A stretch of DNA of 63,534 bases, counting the filler, from Perkinsus chesapeaki ATCC PRA-425 (taxonomy: Eukaryota > Protista > Perkinsozoa): the NCBI GenBank assembly GCA_013115145.1. It is 9 parts of 9 records of this genome, joined end to end, with 100 filler letters (N's around TTAATTAATTAA, not from the genome) between each part and the next. Parts side by side here need not be neighbours in the genome. Positions count along the whole stretch, not along the records: positions 56,602 to 59,961 come from JAAPAO010001423.1; positions 60,062 to 61,170 come from JAAPAO010002195.1; positions 61,271 to 62,411 come from JAAPAO010002163.1; positions 62,512 to 63,534 come from JAAPAO010002270.1; 5 more parts are not named here. The stretch is one strand, 5' to 3'. Position 1 is the stretch's first letter; every line of letters starts with the position of its first letter. The notes under the pieces are model-generated. The model did no database searches. It had not been told where the DNA came from and saw nothing but the letters and a program-made list of their open reading frames with translations. Both the position numbers and the translations under genes were made by a program. Positions 59,476 to 63,534 of this stretch are shown here, piece by piece.

Positions 59476-59789
59476 TAGTGCAGAAGGAATGCGAGGAAAG
59501 CCTTGCAACGCTACGAAGGAAAGATGCAGCTAGAAGAGTTTACATCGAGATCTAGAGTCTACAAGGAAGTGAATGAGCTCAGACAGACTAATCCCGTACA
59601 CCCAGACAGGGCTGTCCAGCGGGCGATCACCGACTGAAACCAGAGACGGAGTTAGTGTGCCAATGCAGAGCACCGACCAGAACCCCTCGAAGGCGAGAAC
59701 AACCTCAACAGAGATGCCAAAGGTGACAGGGGAACAGTAGAGCTAATAGAGACAGCACTACCAGAGATAGACAAGAGACACCAATTATT

Positions 59790-59832
59790 TTAGGCGAGCG
59801 ACACTTAAAAATGCGCCCTAAATTGGCGAGCG
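59790..59832. promoter_or_regulatory. two GGCGAGCG motifs upstream of the 59475 gene
   Basis: TTAGGCGAGCG at 59790-59800 and TTGGCGAGCG at 59823-59832. Confidence 0.4.
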
Positions 59833-59961
59833 AGATGACAATAAGCGGAGCGACGCAGTGTACCTGGGGCCCATTTCACAAGACGTCATCCGCTCGTTCA
59901 ATAAACCAATTTTGGAACTGAGAATCGATTCTGGAAACGATTTTAAAAAATCATGTTTATA

Positions 59962-60061
59962 NNNNNNNNNNNNNNNNNNNNNNNNNNNNNNNNNNNNNNN
60001 NNNNNTTAATTAATTAANNNNNNNNNNNNNNNNNNNNNNNNNNNNNNNNNNNNNNNNNNNN
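59962..60061. other. artificial contig spacer
   Basis: N44-TTAATTAATTAA-N44. Confidence 0.98.
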
Positions 60062-60805
60062 GGCTATCCGGCTTTGTCCTCCGAAGAATGGGCTGTAGTC
60101 CAACGTGCCCTAGCGGCTGCAGATAACATGATCGATCCTAGGACCATCAAACAAGCCACCCCTATTCCAGAGGACGTCTCAAGGTTTCTATTCAATACGG
60201 CCCCCCGTTATTCCGGTAAGCTAGCCGTTGCCCGTGATGCCGTTCTGACTGGAATCTCCTTGGGATTGCGGCCAGGAGAGTTATTGAATATTCGTGGTCG
60301 AGATGTACACTGTGCTGCTGGGACGATAGATCACCTCATTGTCACGATTAATCTCGGTATCACTAAAACTCGACGCCTGGAGCGCGTCGAAACTGCTTGT
60401 AGATGTCCGAAAGAAGTATGTGCCAAATCTTCCAAGTGGTGTGAGGCTCATCGTCTTCAAGAGCTCCAGTGCTCAGTAATTCCGGCCATGCGTATATTCC
60501 ACAAAGTTTTTAAGGATTTCGCCACCTCAGTTCGCCAACTGGTTGATGTTTTCCCAGCGAATATCTCCCAGTTGAGTCGTGATGAGTTTCTTGAGTTCAC
60601 CGGTCACTCTTGTCGCCGTTCTTCGGCCACGTATCAGATACGTTCACAGATCCCCCGGTCCCAAATTAAACAGAACTGCCGTTGGCGCTCTGATACAATG
60701 GTGGACGTGTATACCTCCGAAGAACTGCAGCTGTCATCCCGTGATGCAGCACATACTGTGCGTGACTACATCTGTTCTGACACTCCAAGCCAGCCTAGGA
60801 TTTAG
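60062..60805 (+). mobile_element. tyrosine recombinase ORF (DIRS/Ngaro/Crypton-type element), 5' truncated
   Basis: GLRPGEL (R 60269), TKT, TGHSCRR (H 60605, R 60614), RWRS (W 60683), VDVY (Y 60710): complete R-K-HxxR-W-Y set, no stops or introns. Confidence 0.9.
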
Positions 60806-61170
60806 TCTCCGCCAATCAGATCGTAATCGCCTAAAAGATTGTAGTGACTCAGTAAGCAAATGACATCTCAAGTTTCATCGTCTGTTATGTGTCTTGTTTA
60901 CTATACGGTGCGTCGTTTTGAATTGGGCAAGGTAGCTACGCCAAACCTAGCACCGCAGATGAGTTGGTTGTGGTGGAGGGCATGTGTCCTAACTTATGTC
61001 GAGCTAGTTCGCATGCGACAGAGCAGAGAAGCACCTTGTCTCTCTCTGTCAACCAACCCAATCCGCCGTGCTTCTTGAGTTAATGGCTTAGGCGTTGAGT
61101 GTAGGTCCAGTACTGGAGCGAGTTCAGGGCCGTATAGAGTTAATCAAGAAGTACGGGAATAGAGCTCAGA

Positions 61171-61270
61171 NNNNNNNNNNNNNNNNNNNNNNNNNNNNNN
61201 NNNNNNNNNNNNNNTTAATTAATTAANNNNNNNNNNNNNNNNNNNNNNNNNNNNNNNNNNNNNNNNNNNN
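61171..61270. other. artificial contig spacer
   Basis: N44-TTAATTAATTAA-N44. Confidence 0.98.
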
Positions 61271-62000
61271 ACCAGACCACATGTGGACCTGAACCTTAGT
61301 GTAGACACTCTCCTAATACTGCTGTATCGTTAAAATGCTTCACAGGTTGAATTGTCTCCTGGCGTTTCTTCACTGCGTTTTTGGCACTTGTGTGAAGCAT
61401 ATCGTGGCTCTAAACCGAGTCTTCCCAGTGACAACGCTAACACTTCAAGGATGTTTTAGTTACTCATTAGGAAATGGGAGAAACGACGAGTAAGGCGAGC
61501 ACAGATATCAGGCACAGCGCCTACAACTACCCGAACTATGAATGATTACTGAGTGTTTCTATACACGCAAGCGGTCTTGGAGCGGCGCATCGCGGATTCC
61601 TGGGGTCAAACTCGCTATCTCGGGGTCTTCAAGAAACAGAAAGGGGAAGGGAGGACAGCAGGCACAGAGCCGCACACTGCACGGAGCACAGGTGGCTCAA
61701 CAGCCGGCTGCTGCCCCAGACACTGCAGGTAAAAATAAACAACCACATCGTCACGAATCGTGACTCACGATGTCATCGTGTGAGCCATATATTTGTCACT
61801 ACTCACACCTTGAAAACGATTAACATCAGCTGGATGCATTCACAGCATCAGACTCTCACTAGTATCAGACTCACTACGCAGACGCGGATGCAGTCACCGC
61901 GAAACTCGAGACTAGAAGCTTCTCGCAGAACCGCGTGGAAAATCTTACCACGCAAAAGGGAGCTCCGCCTGAAAGAATCGCTCCCTGGTGATGTTTTGTG

Positions 62001-62345
62001 TTAAAAGGACTCTTTCATGCCACTTATAGTGGGCTTCTCAAATGTCACAGCATCATACAGACCGCCTTGTCGACCCAAAAAGGTGCCGGAACCATCGATA
62101 GTGATCCCTGACTCCGGGCGGCTGGTGGGCGAGTCCGATGGGCACACTCTCCCAACCTGTGTTGGCGCCCCAGAACAGGAGGTATCCGATACCTCGAATA
62201 CACGGCTAAATTGGGGCTCTTTCAGTAGGGTGAAGCTACTAGCGTCGACTCTTCCGTACTTGCAGGCCGAGTACGTTTCATGGGACTTGTACCAGATACT
62301 AATGTTCCGCTCAATGTCGCTCAGATAGCGCATTGTTAGTGGCAT
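62001..62345 (-). CDS. hypothetical protein fragment
   Basis: 114-aa ATG ORF, protein-like, family not recognised. Confidence 0.3.
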   Translation of the reverse strand: MPLTMRYLSDIERNISIWYKSHETYSACKYGRVDASSFTLLKEPQFSRVFEVSDTSCSGAPTQVGRVCPSDSPTSRPESGITIDGSGTFLGRQGGLYDAVTFEKPTISGMKESF

Positions 62346-62411
62346 TTGAGTTCGGAGTTCAGCGTCGTTTCGCCTGCCACTAAACTCTAATTCACAAAGG
62401 ATGAATGGTTC

Positions 62412-62511
62412 NNNNNNNNNNNNNNNNNNNNNNNNNNNNNNNNNNNNNNNNNNNNTTAATTAATTAANNNNNNNNNNNNNNNNNNNNNNNNNNNNNNNNN
62501 NNNNNNNNNNN
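62412..62511. other. artificial contig spacer
   Basis: N44-TTAATTAATTAA-N44. Confidence 0.98.
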
Positions 62512-62823
62512 TCAGAAGAGCTCTTATCGAATCTACGCTTCACAGAGTTCTTCAACTGTTTGAACATTCAATAAGTATATGCAGACAAGCTAATGTCAAC
62601 ATAGATTACGATTAAGTGCCCACCCCAAAATGGAGCAGCCTCCAGCGCCTTTCTCCGTCGTTGTTTAGTATACGAATTTATTCTGATACTCATATTGAAT
62701 ACCGAACTCCCGAAGGTTCTTTAATCGGTGTCGATTACGTTATCTACGTATGACGAACTAACTGCGCAACTCAACGCACTAGGATAAATGAATTTAGAAG
62801 CAGCTCCTCGGTAATTGTAGGCA

Positions 62824-63147
62824 GTGCTAATAAGGACACTAATGATCATCATCATTATACAGCTCAGAGCGGATGCCTTCCGCTATTCACTGGTAAAGTA
62901 CTGTAACCTAGAAAACCGCTCTCGCCACGGCCGCTGGGACCTGAACTTACTGTGTGATATTTTACACATCTTCTTCCTCAGAGTCGCCGCTGACAAGGGC
63001 CTCCACCAACCTCTTTGCAGTGAAGACGGCACTGCCACCAGCGACGACGTCGATGCCGAATTCATCAGACAGGTCAAACCTGAGGAGGGTTCTCATGAAG
63101 TTAATGAAATTCGTCAACTTACGCTTGACGAATTTCAGATAATGTGA
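62824..63147 (+). CDS. hypothetical, possibly secreted protein
   Basis: 107-codon ORF with hydrophobic N-terminus LMIIIIIQLRADA. Confidence 0.3.
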   Translation: MLIRTLMIIIIIQLRADAFRYSLVKYCNLENRSRHGRWDLNLLCDILHIFFLRVAADKGLHQPLCSEDGTATSDDVDAEFIRQVKPEEGSHEVNEIRQLTLDEFQIM

Positions 63148-63534
63148 TCCCGCCTAAAACGCATACCTGAAAATAGTAACATACACTACGTCAAGTACTA
63201 ATAGATTCGCCGGAAATCGGGAAACCATTTTATCTTGGCGATGTTCATACTCTTTAATAAAATCATAATTATGTTCAACAGAGAAAACCTTAGTCTGCTG
63301 ACTCGCTGTGCTAAGTCTTATCGCAGTAGCAAAGCTTTGCACCTTATTCACTTCCCTGCTAGCAGCGCGAGGGCGTCCCAATCAAGGGTGGCTCTCTCGT
63401 AAGGGGGCATCGCACCGAAAAGCGCTCGTTCCCCGTCGAAATGATAAAGCTGTATATTGAAACTCATGAAACTGTACGCACTATAAGCTTGTCTTTGCCT
63501 CCAGCTGACGGCGCTGATCGGCCTCTAGGACTTT

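Noticed and set aside
23807-62511. Eight identical TTAATTAATTAA palindromes flanked by N-runs, and ORFs crossing them (e.g. 23851..24174, 46399..46686, 49882..50124, 53942..54511)
   Set aside because: Constant N44-12-N44 layout with stops in six frames is an assembly or concatenation linker, not biology; ORF ends inside it are artefacts.

Overview
Eukaryotic nuclear DNA, most likely a Perkinsus-like alveolate (inferred from dense 40-60 nt GT-AG introns, the gene families present and protein style; no database search was run). The window is nine contigs joined by eight identical artificial 100-nt spacers (N44-TTAATTAATTAA-N44), so neighbourhoods across spacers are unproven. Bases 1-34.5 kb are gene-dense and mostly housekeeping: eIF5A, a p24/TMED cargo receptor, three tandem Alba genes, PA2G4/Ebp1, several small secreted proteins, an ankyrin protein, a membrane J-domain protein, a P1B Cu-ATPase and a CEP70-like protein. 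Bases 34.6-63.5 kb are accessory. They hold a decayed APE-RT-RNaseH-CCHC non-LTR retrotransposon, a cathepsin B-like gene, a 6-Cys defensin-like peptide gene, a permuted papain-like pseudogene, a Gypsy integrase/LTR remnant, four mucin-like genes (two share a novel-looking 'SYCxxW' Cys module) and a tyrosine recombinase with all catalytic residues present. The best leads are an Alba domain fused to nine histone-H1/HupB-like PAKK repeats, the SYCxxW module, the defensin-like peptide, the tyrosine recombinase, a GGCGAGCG motif upstream of all three Alba genes, and a 106-nt three-way-junction element next to a tRNA-like relic. I spliced gene models by eye, so exon boundaries are approximate unless stated.
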